DNA of 63,621 nucleotides, counting the filler, from Diploschistes diacapsis (taxonomy: Eukaryota): the NCBI GenBank assembly GCA_023645945.1. It is 24 parts of 24 records of this genome, joined end to end, with 100 filler letters (N's around TTAATTAATTAA, not from the genome) between each part and the next. Parts side by side here need not be neighbours in the genome. Positions count along the whole stretch, not along the records: positions 1 to 1,090 come from JALAIB010004006.1; positions 1,191 to 2,280 come from JALAIB010004007.1; positions 2,381 to 3,470 come from JALAIB010004008.1; positions 3,571 to 4,660 come from JALAIB010004009.1; positions 4,761 to 23,469 come from JALAIB010000401.1; 19 more parts are not named here. One strand, written 5' to 3'. Made by a program: the position numbers and the translations under genes. The notes below the pieces were generated by a model. The model saw only the letters and a list, made by a program, of their open reading frames with translations, did no database searches and was not told the origin of the DNA. Of this stretch, positions 1 to 11,412 are shown piece by piece. Numbering within the stretch: the first letter of the stretch is position 1; the number at the start of each line of letters is the position of its first letter.

Positions 1-794
1 AAACATACGAAAAGCACATACCCCACCCGATCTTGTCGTCAGAATAGCCTGAACGAAGCTTACCCGCATTGAAAGAGAAAAGTCTGTTGTGCCACCCATC
101 ATCAACATCCGCCCGGCAGAAGTACCTACCACCCTCTCCCATGTTCCTAGCAAAAAAAAACAAAAAAAAAAAAACAGGGGGGGACTTACGACCTATCCAT
201 GTGTGATATAACCCTCAAAGCTTTCCTATCAATCTCCCCTCCACACTCGCATTTCCAAAGGGACCCGACTTCCTTTCTCAATGTCGAACCCCCCCACTTT
301 CCTCCACCGCTCCGGACGCCCGCCCGCAGCAGCGCCATCGAGCGCTCTGCACTCCGCTTCTCGTCCTCGTCTCAGGCGGAAAAATCGAGCCTCTAGATCC
401 GGAGAGAAAAGCGACCGCTGGCGCGGAGAGTGGGCGCGGGCGGCCTGGAGGGGTTGGAGGGGATGGTGTTTGATGTTGATGGAGCGCTTTGGTAGGTTCT
501 TTAATGTTCCTTCTTCTCGATACTTTGTGCCTCCAGGGCTCACGGACGTGGTGGTTCGGAGGTTGGAGGAGCTGGTGGGGTCGCTGGAGGGGGGTTTTGG
601 GAGAGTCGTCCGGCCGTAGGGAGGCAGAGGGAAGGGAGACGTAGATGGCGTACCGGGAAGGCAGGGTGTTGATACGATGGAGTAGAGCGCGCACATATAA
701 AAAAATATAAAATAAAATAAAAATTGAGGCAAGAAACATCGTGTGTTTTTTTGATTATTGTTGGACGTGGATGCTCCCAGAAGCCGTCAAATTA

Positions 795-1090
795 CTAGCA
801 CCGCGTCTCCACGCCCCCCCTCGACACGCACAGATACTTGACCCCCTTCACCGGCTTCACGCCCTCGCCCAAGCCCCTGCTCCTGCGGACGTCGACGTTC
901 AGGCTCTCGACCCTCAGCCCGCTGGCCAACCAGCCCTTCACGGAAAAGCTGGCCGCCGCGCTCCGCGGCATCAGAGCCCTGTTCGCGTCCACGCGCTGAA
1001 TGTCCCTCCCCTCGTCCTTCCCTCCGGCCTGCGTGCTCTTCGCAGCGGGCTTTGCTTTCGACAGCCGCTCGGCCGCCGCAGGGGTAGTAC
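795..1090 (-). CDS. APM3: AP-3 adaptor complex mu subunit, C-terminal fragment (5' part lost at contig edge)
   Basis: Reverse frame is open from the contig edge to TAG at 795 and reads ...LMPRSAAASFSVKGWLASGLRVESLNVDVRRSRGLGEGVKPVKGVKYLCVSRGGVETRC*. This matches the recalled fungal mu3 C-terminus (SG.KVESL...KPYKGVKY). Confidence 0.8.
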
Positions 1091-1190
1091 NNNNNNNNNN
1101 NNNNNNNNNNNNNNNNNNNNNNNNNNNNNNNNNNTTAATTAATTAANNNNNNNNNNNNNNNNNNNNNNNNNNNNNNNNNNNNNNNNNNNN
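1091..1190. other. Artificial contig linker (N-run + TTAATTAATTAA + N-run), first of 23
   Basis: The same ~100-nt spacer with six-frame stops starts at about 1091, 2281, 3471, 4661, 23470, 24660, 25849, 27038, 28226, 29414, 30602, 31790, 32978, 34166, 35353, 54131, 55318, 56505, 57692, 58879, 60066, 61252 and 62437. Confidence 0.98.
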
Positions 1191-2380
1191 ACAGAACCAG
1201 CGCCAGCGACGAGGCGCGCACGACAACCGAGCCGAAAGAACGCGTCGCAACCGTGGGAGACGAGTCTCACCACGGCAGGCAAGCGACGGAGGCGAGAGGC
1301 TGCCAGGGCCAAGGCAGAGGAGAGGGCGGCAGCGATGGTAGCGGCAACGGCGGCGACAAGATCTGCAAAGGTGTTAGCACAAGAACAGAAGAAAGAGGAG
1401 AGAAAGTAAGCAAAACAGCAAAAGAGTAGACGAAAGAGGAGAAAAGAAAGACAAAACATAAGACGCGCAGGGCTGATTAGTAGCTAATAAGGTCGTAAAA
1501 ATGTTATTTAGATATTAATTATCTAGATAATTTAATAAGCGATATATTAAGTTCTGAAAAAGAGCTCTAAAATGTATAGAAAAAAGGGAGTTTTAATAAT
1601 GAGAAATGTTATTACGTGACATGAATGTTAAATGACTTGAGGAAATGCATATATAAATTTATATAGGATCTAGCTTAGCGTGTATGTAGATTAATTGTCA
1701 GCCCTATAAGGTTTGTATGGACGGGGTAAGGAGCAGGTGGTGCTCCCGAATCGCCCTGTCAATAAAGGAGGTAGAGTAGGACAAAACTAAATGTGGGCTG
1801 ATCAATGACGGCTTGAGACTGTAGGATGTAGTGGTTCTCGCCTTAAGCTATAACTATGTGCTTTACATGGGTTATCAACACACATGGCTCAACTATGACA
1901 GGCGAAAGGACATTCATCTAAGGATGCTCGCTTGTTACAACATAATTAAGGAGGTGGTTGGATTGCTATTACGCCTTACTGGCCGAAACTGCCACCATAT
2001 ATTCTCAAACCACGATCATGAATGTGATCCTCAGAAAAGTGAAAATTTTTAATTTTAGCTTTATTTCCCCTAATTTCTGACTATTCAAGATTCATCCACT
2101 AAGCGCTTTATCCGTTGACGCAAACCGCCAAAACAGGCATCTGTCAACGAAACATCTATTAAAGAAAGTTAATCGGGAGTAAAATTCTATTCGTAAACGA
2201 AAGCTATCTATAGACCAATAATTAATCATTTGTACACAGAGCATCCTCAAACCTCCCCGGCAACTCCCACTCCTCCACCCNNNNNNNNNNNNNNNNNNNN
2301 NNNNNNNNNNNNNNNNNNNNNNNNTTAATTAATTAANNNNNNNNNNNNNNNNNNNNNNNNNNNNNNNNNNNNNNNNNNNN

Positions 2381-2975
2381 ACCGTATGGTACGCACAATT
2401 CTTAAGAGATATTAAATATTTAGAGCTTATAGAATCATCTTTATTTATTATTAAATTATTAAAAGACAATATAGGTTCTTTGGATCTAATAAAGCACGCG
2501 AGGATTAACGATAGATTAAAATATATCGATATTATTTATTATTATATACGGGATCTGATTAAACGAAGCCGTATTAATATTATTTATATATTTATAAATA
2601 AAATAGTTACCGACGGATTAACGAAATCACTGAATTATATTAAACACGATATATTCATTAAAGAACTTGGACTAGTATAGAAGGCATCTAACTGGACTAG
2701 GTGAATATGCCGATGATTCCGCCCGTGGGGGAGTGTTGAGTAGACAGGCAGAATGCATGGCTGGGAAGTTCAGCTGAACTTCAGGTTCAGGTTTAGTTCA
2801 GCTGAACCTATTGGGGTTCCTGCTAATCCTAATCGGGAGTAGTGCAAGTCTGTAGGGCTTAGTGGATCCCATTGGTATAAGAAGCTTGCATGTAGACTCT
2901 TCCTTCTAGCTAGATTACTAGACCTCTAGAAATCTAGACTTCAATACATGCGTTGCCCAAAAATCTTTATCAATA
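2381..2975 (+). mobile_element. Ty1/copia 3' end: RIP-mutated RNase H, polypurine tract and ~242-bp 3' LTR
   Basis: KDNIGSLDLIKHARINDRLKYIDIIYYYIRDLI...IVTDGLTKSL is the degenerate copia DNQ...KHIDI.YH.IR...ADGLTK motif. PPT GGGGGAG ends at 2733. The LTR starts TGTTG at 2734 and ends TCAATA at 2975 (RIP form of TCAACA). Confidence 0.85.
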
Positions 2976-3470
2976 AAATCGTCGACATCGTTTTATCAAA
3001 TTATACTATTCGATTTAATTATAAATTTTTTTTAAAATTATTTATGCGTAAAATAATCTTTTATAAAATAAAACGTAATTACGTTAAATTATAAAATAAT
3101 CGCGGTTAAAGTATCTTTCTTATAAATATTATTCTTATTTTTATAATTTCGGGCGAAATAATTAATTTTATCATATTCGAAACATTTCTTTTTTTTAATT
3201 AAAGATCTTTCGTTAAATCCTTTAACTCCTTTCTTCTAATTAAGACGGGGTTTATTAATTAAAACATCGAGATTCATAACGTCGTTATTTACATAGTTTA
3301 TAATTTATATATTCTTTATATAATCGTTACGGTAACGGGATTTTAAATTTATAATCCCTTTTCGTCCGAAATGACGTTCTTGATCTCGATTAAAAAGTCG
3401 ATCGTATAACATAATAACTTTCGTTTATAGAATTATTAGATTTTCGATTTTATTTTAAATGCGTATAAAT
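2976..3470 (-). mobile_element. RIP-degraded retroelement gag fragment with zinc-knuckle relic
   Basis: Reverse translation contains KKKCFEYDKINYFARNYK, consistent with CFECGK.GH.ARNC after C>T/G>A changes. Confidence 0.5.
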
Positions 3471-3570
3471 NNNNNNNNNNNNNNNNNNNNNNNNNNNNNN
3501 NNNNNNNNNNNNNNTTAATTAATTAANNNNNNNNNNNNNNNNNNNNNNNNNNNNNNNNNNNNNNNNNNNN

Positions 3571-3837
3571 ATGTCCGTGTCCGTGTTTTCAAAAATAATT
3601 TTTAAAAAATAAAAACGTAAGAAATAAGCGTGATAATTTTAAAAAAATTAAAAAAAAAACATTTCCGTGCTTTTACTATAATGTAATATCCGTGATAATA
3701 AATTTACGGAAATATAATGTCCGTGTTAGTATCCGTGTTTTAAAATTTTAACTATAGTGTCCGTGTTAGTATCCGTGTTTTAAAATTTTTTACTGCAGTG
3801 TCCGTGTCAGTGACCGTGGCACGAAACGGCCAGCCTA
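3571..3837. mobile_element. hAT-like MITE, end A, with GTGTCCGTG subterminal repeats
   Basis: Ends ...GTGACCGTGGCACGAAACGGCCAGCCTA at 3837. A near-identical terminus recurs at 23906, 24234, 27990, 32141, 57582, 58829 and 60796. Confidence 0.75.
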
Positions 3838-4660
3838 AATTATAAAATAACGTACTCGTTTAAAATATCGCGTAATATATTATTTATAAATTCCTATTCG
3901 ATAATTAATACGTTAATAAGTTTAAAAGATATTATTAAATATTCGAATAACCCGTAATATATTTTAAATATTATTTTTTATTTTTCGTTTTCTTTTATTT
4001 TTATAAAATTAAAACTTGCTCGTTGATTTAATTTTGTATATTATAATACGTTATATAATCGATCTCGTAATTCCTAAACGTTCGATATAAGATAACGATT
4101 CTTTACGGTAACAGCGTTAAACTTTTAGAAATCGATATAAGGTCGAAGAATCTACCTTTTTCTACCGTCAGGTTTCGATACGGAAATAATTAGAAATAAT
4201 GCCGGTGATTTAGATTTATAAATGTAACCTTATTTAAACATTTCCTAGAAATATTGTTTAAGAAATTTCAGCTTTATAGCTAATGCTTTATAAAGAGGTC
4301 TAAATTTTGGGATTTTTTCGTCCATAAGTTCGATAACATGGTCTTAAGGTTTGTAATTAAATAATACTCGTAAGCCTATTTCTTTTTAAAAGAAGTATAA
4401 TTATTAATAATACTTTTCAAAGATTTTTAAAAGGTAATCATTTTTTTTCTTATTAATATTCTTATTAATACGAGTTTTTATTTCTCGTATCTGAATCTGT
4501 TGGTTAAGATCTTTTTTGATTCCGGTTCGAAAAATATTGTATAATACTTTCTTTTTATTTATCGTAGTCGTTATGACTGCGCGTAGGCGGAATGTGTTGA
4601 TATACGTACATCCGTTTAATTTAAAAGTCCGTATCTTGAAATTAATCGTTAGATTATGGA
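3838..4660 (-). mobile_element. Ty3/gypsy reverse transcriptase relic (with upstream gag-like sequence), interrupted by the hAT-like MITE
   Basis: Reverse translation gives GYIYKSKSPA...KPDG...LRPYIDF*KFNAVTVKNRY...GLFEYLIISFKLIN...FINNILRDILNEYVIL. It is cut just before the expected YLDD. Confidence 0.85.
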
Positions 4661-5615
4661 NNNNNNNNNNNNNNNNNNNNNNNNNNNNNNNNNNNNNNNN
4701 NNNNTTAATTAATTAANNNNNNNNNNNNNNNNNNNNNNNNNNNNNNNNNNNNNNNNNNNNAGATAGAATCGTATAAGATTAAATATAAATACTATTCTAA
4801 TTGCGAAGGAATATAATATTTTTTTTAATAAAAAACACGTGTTTTATTACGATATAGTTTATATAACTCGTACGAATATACTACTCGTACATGCTCGCAA
4901 CGCTATAGTATTAATTAGATAGAAGAAATTTGATTATAATTTGAATTAATTATGTTATAAGGTTAAAAACATGTAGAAGGAAGTTAAGTGGGCGGATGAC
5001 TTGTGAAATACGTTACCTCAATCCCGTTACTAAAATGGGATATGGAACACCGAGGCATAACGGAAGCAGGCTTCATGCGAAATGGGAGACAGTTTTAGAA
5101 ATATACTCGTCATTCGGCCAATCCATGGATGGGTTCGTGTAGGTATATGAACAAGCACTCTTGTCTCCAGCCGTGGGCCTTTCAAAGAATTCGTGCCAAG
5201 CGAAGTCTGTAACTGGGTATTCTTAACCAACGTTAACCCGTTCCCCATAACCCTCTTTCACTACCCCATTGGAACCCGGGAGCTTGAGAAGGGCATCAAG
5301 CCCTATCTCATGTACCGTGATAGCCCGTGCTCTTCCATATGCCTTACATAAGGACTTCAATCCGTCGACATCCTGATAAACAAACAAGCCAAGCAGAGTA
5401 TGATACACACAATGTGGATATGAACGCTACAAGAACAAGGTAGCCGCTACTCCCTGTTAGAACAGCCAACAAAAACAGGGTTTGGCCCTGTTATAAGCAT
5501 AGGCGAGTGGTAGCTGAACAGCTATGTGACTATTATGTCTAGTGACGCCTTGAGGTGGAGTTTTTGGCTCCAAAGAATGTGTCCTTCCAAATTCAATGAT
5601 GCAGCTTCAAACCTT

Positions 5616-7246
5616 TCATTCTCGTTTGCTTTCGAAATAATCTCCTCGGGAGCTTCCTCTACGATTGTGATGCTTCAGCGGACTTCCTGGTCTCGATGTC
5701 GTGGTTGCCTCTTCCTTCAATGGCGTTAGAGGTAACTTCAGAGCAAAGGCACGGTCATCAAAAGGCTTTTCCGGGCGGCCATTGATAGGGCTAATGACGT
5801 TTATTGGGGGCGGTCGCGTGATGCGTGCCAGCGAGCCAGGCGCATCAGAGTTGACGTTGTAGAGGTAGGTTGCACAGAGCACTATTGCTGTACCGACAAG
5901 AAACTGTACAAGGACATGAGACATTAGCTTCCCTGATCTACGAACACAAGATAGCGAAGCTTCGTGCAAGCCTCTAGAGATGATTTAAAAGAAACGGCGG
6001 AAACAGAAAGAAAGGACCGTACATTGCGTGTGAGAGTGAAGTCAAAGAAGACCATGCTGAAGCACAGTGAAAGCAAGATGCTTATGCTGGTAGCGAAGCT
6101 TTTGGCGATGTTGTTGGTGTAATGGATGCAGAGAGCGACGATGACCCCGCCTAATGCTTGAAAAATGATGACGAGCCAAACAACGTAGTTGTAACCTACG
6201 AAGAAGCCGTTCTTGGAGATGTTCTCGCCGTCGACGAACATGACGCCTATGAAGAGCGAGGGAACGATCGAGTAGACAGATAGTTGGACATTGCGTATCC
6301 AGATGGAAACTTTACCTGTTGCTTCCTTCAGTATCTTCTCGAAGTAGACCGAACCGAGAGCAGACGCGGTGCTGGAGAGGATGGCTGCAGCAAAGCCAAG
6401 CGCTTCATTCCTATCCGGGTATTTTGCCAGATAATCTTCATCAATGCCCTCGTAAGTAGCCGAACGCTTATTGAGTCCTTCTGCGGCGCCGTATCCCCAA
6501 TTCTTCAGATCGCTGAACGATCTGGGGAAATATATTCGAGAATGGACGTCTTTGAGTGCTGTTGCAGCTGCGGGTTGCTGCGCAACGGGCATTTGAACAA
6601 GAGCCACACCAAACATCAGCAAAGCTAATGCAGCCCACTTCTGAGCTGTCAACGACCGCCGCAGGACCAGGATGCTGAATATTGCAGTGGGCAGGATCTT
6701 GAACTGGTAGGTAACTTGCAACGTGGCAGCATCGAGATTTGATATCGCAACATATTGAAGAGAGTGCTGCAGTGTATACAAAGCCGCAGGTATCGCAAGC
6801 TTCCACGAATCTCCCCCGAAAGTAGCCGCGGCAAGGGTCTGAAAAAGACTCGTCGCTGGTAATGAAGGCGCAACGTCCTGTGAGATCTCAAAGAGAGCGG
6901 CAGTAAAGCAGGCTGCGAATTTGACAACCTCGGTCAAGAAGACCGCTGTGGATGTGATATACCGCTGCCCACCAATCAAAGGCATTATCCTCGAATAGTA
7001 CATGATCTGTCTCTTGTGTAAGCCTAGTGTTTCCTAAGTAGCAAGGGCTATGAATGTTCGCAGAATCGAGGATGGGTTGAACGTACGAGAATAAGGATGG
7101 AATTCTGTACAACGAGCTGCATCGGGCGGTCAGCTAGGATCTGGACATATAGGTAGGCATCTCACGGAAACTAAGGAAATGTGCTTCATGGATACGCCTC
7201 GCCATGATGCGACAGGCTTATGCTGTAGACTCTCAATCACCGCCAT
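5616..7246 (-). CDS. Golgi UDP-galactose/nucleotide-sugar transporter (SLC35A/Gms1-like); exons 7246-7166, 7116-7087, 7006-6023, 5903-5616
   Basis: Spliced product MAVIESLQ...KHISLVS|LVVQNSILIL|IMYYSR. Motifs TSTAVFLTEVVK, KLAIPAALYTLQ, QVTYQFKILPTA, VYFEKILK, SIWIRNVQLS, NIAKSFATSISI. GT-AG introns keep frame. Confidence 0.92.
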
Positions 7247-7949
7247 CTTTCGGGAAACCTCCCACCTTGGAGGGAGAAACCCTACTCGGGTCGAAGGTGC
7301 TGGGCTGGCTCTGCTTGAGGAGTGGGCTATGGGGTACGTAACAAAGTTGTGGAAAGAATGAATAGGGTCAACCGTTTTCTCGAGCAGGTGGAGTGTTAAG
7401 CAGAGGTATGGTATAATAAGAGAATGATTAGAATAATAAAAGAAAAAAAGGAATCATCATTATCATCATCATCCTCATCATAATATTAGTTATCCCCCTA
7501 TATGCATAGGCTACGCTCGTGTGCTGCCAGGTACGGGCCAGTGGTAGGGCTGAGATCTTAGGTGTTGCAGCTGCGTGTTTCTTGGCTGGCTGGTTGCATT
7601 AGACCGCGCCACAGACGAGCCACAGCTGCATCATTGGAATAACTTTGTGATATAATGAGGTACGCTTGCTTCCACGTGGTGTCCAGCAATTCTGTACCTT
7701 GTCAACCAATCAAAGGACTAGGGCTTAAAACAAATGCGATTGAGTGATAGCAAAAGAACAAGCTTGTTTACTTTGTCGTGGAGGTATTAGATTACTAAAA
7801 AAGATCTTAATCGTGCCAGCTCACTGAATGCTGTACGATGTGAGTATCTTATCCTGACATGCATGAAAAGGGGGTATCGTAAGAGAAGAGGGACAAAAGC
7901 CAGTGCGCTGAACGAAGATCCTATAGCCGTACTCGAAAAGACTTCCAGC

Positions 7950-10133
7950 TCAATAGAGGTTCGAAAAGACAAACGTAGCAACGTCATCCTTGCTATTGGC
8001 ATCTAACCCGTCACCATAATCCTCAAGTCCGGTCACATAGATGGGGACATTGCTGATTGTCCGAGTCCTCTGGAGGGCTCGTCGGCTCGCACTACCGTCT
8101 GTCTCTCTCGCTTCGGAAGAGTCAAATCCATTCAAAGATGGATCGACTTCCGACCCCGGCAACTCCTGGGGCTGTAGAGGCAGCTGGTTCACGCTGCTCT
8201 CTGTTGATAATAAAGAGCTTTGAGGTTTAATTGAGCTCACCTGTGAGGCGATAGAACGTGTCAGCAGAACTGCGGCGTCGGCAGGAAACTCGGGTAAAGG
8301 TGGTCTTGATTCTCTCTTTTGCACGTCATCCATCAGCTGAATTTGGATCTTTGGTATGAGTGAGTTTGATCGGGACCTTGGCGGCACAGGAAAGCTAGAA
8401 ATATCGAGCTCTTCATCAACCATCTCATGGTCCTCAGCCTCGGCGTCCTCTAGATGATCGGTGCTGGGCACACGGAAATTTACGTGGTGCTCCGTCGTCT
8501 TGCTCAGCCCGTAAGCGCCGACTGTAGCTGACTTTTTTTGCGAGTTCAGGCCCATATCATGCTTCTCAGGCATTTTCGCAGTATCCCAAACTTTGGCTGT
8601 GAGAGGCTCCATGGGAGGAGTGTTCCGGCATTCGGCTGAGAGTTCATAGTGTGCAGCAGCCGAAACTCTGAGACCAAGGTCGGTCTGATTGTTGTGCTGC
8701 GATTTGACTGCGGAAAAGGCTTCAGGCCTACATCCGACACTAGAAGCAGCAATATTTGCAAGTGCACGTTTGGGCGGCAAACGATGTACTTCAACCGGCT
8801 TCGAAAATCTCGACGGAAAGCTGGTGGACTTCAAGGGGGTAACTGTGCTTGAGTCTAGCTGGATTATGCTGGAAGCTGTGGTGGCGCTGGACGCTTTCCG
8901 ACCTCTGCTATATATCGATGCACTTTCTGCAGTGTTTCCTGATCTAGTGGTGCTCTGTGAAAGACGTAAGGTAGCTCTAGAGCGTTCTTCGACATCGTCT
9001 TCTTCTTCTTCATCAGAAGATAAGGATAAGACGCTTTCAATCCGTAAATCACCTTTGAAAACTTTCCGAGACCTGACCTGGTTCCGTGAATTCCTCGCTT
9101 CAATATTCAGGCCGGCTACCGGCAATGGCCAGCGAGTTGTGTGAGGTCCGGGAGAATCTGGCATATTGCTCACTTCAGGTTGCGAGGTTAAAGTTCTGAT
9201 AGAGGTGCAGGAGCTTGTCGGCGAAAACGCATGCCGTCTAATGTTGTGGAACGCATCGTACGGTCGAGCGAGGGGGCGTTCACCCATTGAGGGACTGCGG
9301 TTGAGGTCTGCACTTTCCAACCACTCTCGGACATGCTTGCCGGTCCGTGGACCATTTTTCTTGTGTATCTGCTCTAAAGGTGCACGTCGGAAGAGATTTT
9401 CTTGCTCAGCTGAAGTGTAGCTCATGCGCCTGAGCCATCTCCCTTTCGATATCGAATCTGACCCGCCAGTAATAACAGATGCGGTCGACCTGTTCCTAGC
9501 CAAAGGAGACCGTAGTCCTGTTTTCGTGTCGGTGGAGGCAGGGGAAAGGGGAGGGAGATCGAGAGGAGGAAGGTCATAGCTCTTCTGGTGCCGAAACTCT
9601 CCAAAGTTTGCCGGACTCTCCGCGATCGTATGCATCTCACTTCCAGACGTCTTTCTTACGCGGAGAAAGCGAGTAACAATATCATCCGAAGTGCCCAATT
9701 CCTGAACATAACCTGGCTGATGTTTGAGACAAGGCGTAAGAGGACTGGAACACACTGAAGGTAATGTGGAAGTAGAGGCAGTAGGATCGAACGTTGGGCT
9801 CGGAGTCGAAGAAGCGCTGTCCAAGTCGTTCCCCGTACTCCCAAAAGCTGCAGTCCTTGCTGGCATCTGGGCCTTATTGTTCTGTCTGTGCGTTCCTGTC
9901 AATGCGCCGCGCAGGTCTGAGAATGGCCAATTAATTCTGCTGCCTTTTGTGCTCGGCTTTTTGGTCCCTCCCGTGAGATCGTTTTGCGCATGCCATCCAC
10001 TGCTGTCCGAGACACCAAGAATCTTTCTCGCCTTTGACCTACTCCGTTGCTCCATTCTAGCCAATAGCTCTTCCGTGGCGATCCACGGCATCTTCGCGGT
10101 CTCTTCAGATACTATAGGCGCGAGTCCCACCAT
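7950..10133 (-). CDS. Hypothetical 727-aa Ser/Pro-rich, probably disordered protein
   Basis: Uninterrupted 2184-nt ATG-initiated ORF in non-RIP sequence. No domain recognised; has an acidic SVLSLSSDEEEEDD patch. Confidence 0.75.
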   Translation of the reverse strand: MVGLAPIVSEETAKMPWIATEELLARMEQRSRSKARKILGVSDSSGWHAQNDLTGGTKKPSTKGSRINWPFSDLRGALTGTHRQNNKAQMPARTAAFGSTGNDLDSASSTPSPTFDPTASTSTLPSVCSSPLTPCLKHQPGYVQELGTSDDIVTRFLRVRKTSGSEMHTIAESPANFGEFRHQKSYDLPPLDLPPLSPASTDTKTGLRSPLARNRSTASVITGGSDSISKGRWLRRMSYTSAEQENLFRRAPLEQIHKKNGPRTGKHVREWLESADLNRSPSMGERPLARPYDAFHNIRRHAFSPTSSCTSIRTLTSQPEVSNMPDSPGPHTTRWPLPVAGLNIEARNSRNQVRSRKVFKGDLRIESVLSLSSDEEEEDDVEERSRATLRLSQSTTRSGNTAESASIYSRGRKASSATTASSIIQLDSSTVTPLKSTSFPSRFSKPVEVHRLPPKRALANIAASSVGCRPEAFSAVKSQHNNQTDLGLRVSAAAHYELSAECRNTPPMEPLTAKVWDTAKMPEKHDMGLNSQKKSATVGAYGLSKTTEHHVNFRVPSTDHLEDAEAEDHEMVDEELDISSFPVPPRSRSNSLIPKIQIQLMDDVQKRESRPPLPEFPADAAVLLTRSIASQVSSIKPQSSLLSTESSVNQLPLQPQELPGSEVDPSLNGFDSSEARETDGSASRRALQRTRTISNVPIYVTGLEDYGDGLDANSKDDVATFVFSNLY

Positions 10134-11412
10134 TGTAAGAATAATTAATATCAGTGGCTACCGCTGCGTATACTGTGTTGACGGAGCAGTTCCCAGTCTT
10201 TTAGACTGCTGAGATCCGGGGCCAACTGCTAGCTCCCTGCATTCCGATAGCTACCTTTCCACGACGACAAAGACCATCTGCAAAGCTAAAGTTGGACTGG
10301 TGAGGGAAGGATGAAAGAGAACGGAAGCAAGTGCGTCCAAAGCCGGAAGAAGACGAAGATATGAGGAAAAGTAGCCACTCAAAAAACAGAAAGAGCGAAA
10401 GCCGGTAGAGTTAATGTGATGGAGCTAGTTCAACGCCAAAGGCAAAATGGCGTCGATGTCCAGAATTTTGAGCCATGGGCCATGAGCACTTCGTAAGGAA
10501 GAAGGGGCCAGTATAATGAGGAGTGCCGCAAAGGGCAAAATCGTGGATGCAACCTTGCCTCAGGCTCTCAGCGGGTCGGGTCTCAGTGTCACGGTCCCTA
10601 CATACACGTCGCAGTAAAAGGTAGCGGTCTTTGCCCAAAAGCTTTTCGAAACGGTTGCATGGTCTTCAAGGTCAAGGTCAAGGTTAAGTTTTTCGTTTCT
10701 TTCCAACAGGGAGTGTTTACGTAACCGAGTCTAAACTGCAAGAGGGTTAGCCGAGGATCTACTTACTGCTAGCTTGTGATTGGGGGATTTTGTAACAGTA
10801 GTAACAGTAGGGATTCAAAGCAAAAATCTCCAAAAGAAAGTCCTGCTGGGCTGTGCAAGAAGTGGCTTGCCAAGCTAGTAGGAACAGTGAGCATTAATTG
10901 AGCTGATTATACAACTAAATATGCTCATGCGCCGTCGTATAAAGATGCACTGATTTCCGGTCAAAAGAAAGATGAACTTGGGGTTACTTCGAAAACCAAC
11001 TCCGCCTACTGATCGTCCTTCGACCTTCAGCCTACTGGTCACCTGAAAGTTGAATGGCGCGGAGTGGCAAGCATGTAACCTGCACAACCCGTTTTCCAAA
11101 ACCAGCTACTACTGGCCAGCCACTCACATTAATCTTGACTCCGCTGCTTAACGGTATCAGCTAGACGCTAAAACTTTTCACTTTTCCCCATTCCATCTGA
11201 AACGACCGACCAAGCTAGCCAGCATAAGCGGACCATTCCCACATGCGTGGTGCGGTTTGCAACTTGCAACAAAATGAGAAAAAGGACAAGACCGAAACTA
11301 GTACCTAGGTAGGTACACACACACGTGTACTTATGCAGGAACCCTTGACGCTTGACAGCAATTATACCACGGCCACCACCACATGGTCTTGCAAATATAT
11401 CGCATCAGGCGA

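Noticed and set aside
20..338. Possible spliced minus-strand gene (MALLRAGV...HMDRS|YFCRADVDDGW...)
   Set aside because: Plausible GTAAGT-TAG intron, but no recognisable product and truncated by the window edge.
1135..1146. Recurrent TTAATTAATTAA palindrome
   Set aside because: Synthetic six-frame-stop linker that always lies inside N runs.
1191..1790. GC-rich, Arg/Glu-rich stretch grading into AT-rich DNA, with a small GAGCA/TGCTC hairpin
   Set aside because: Could be a transposase C-terminus and element end, but there is no second copy or diagnostic terminus in the window.
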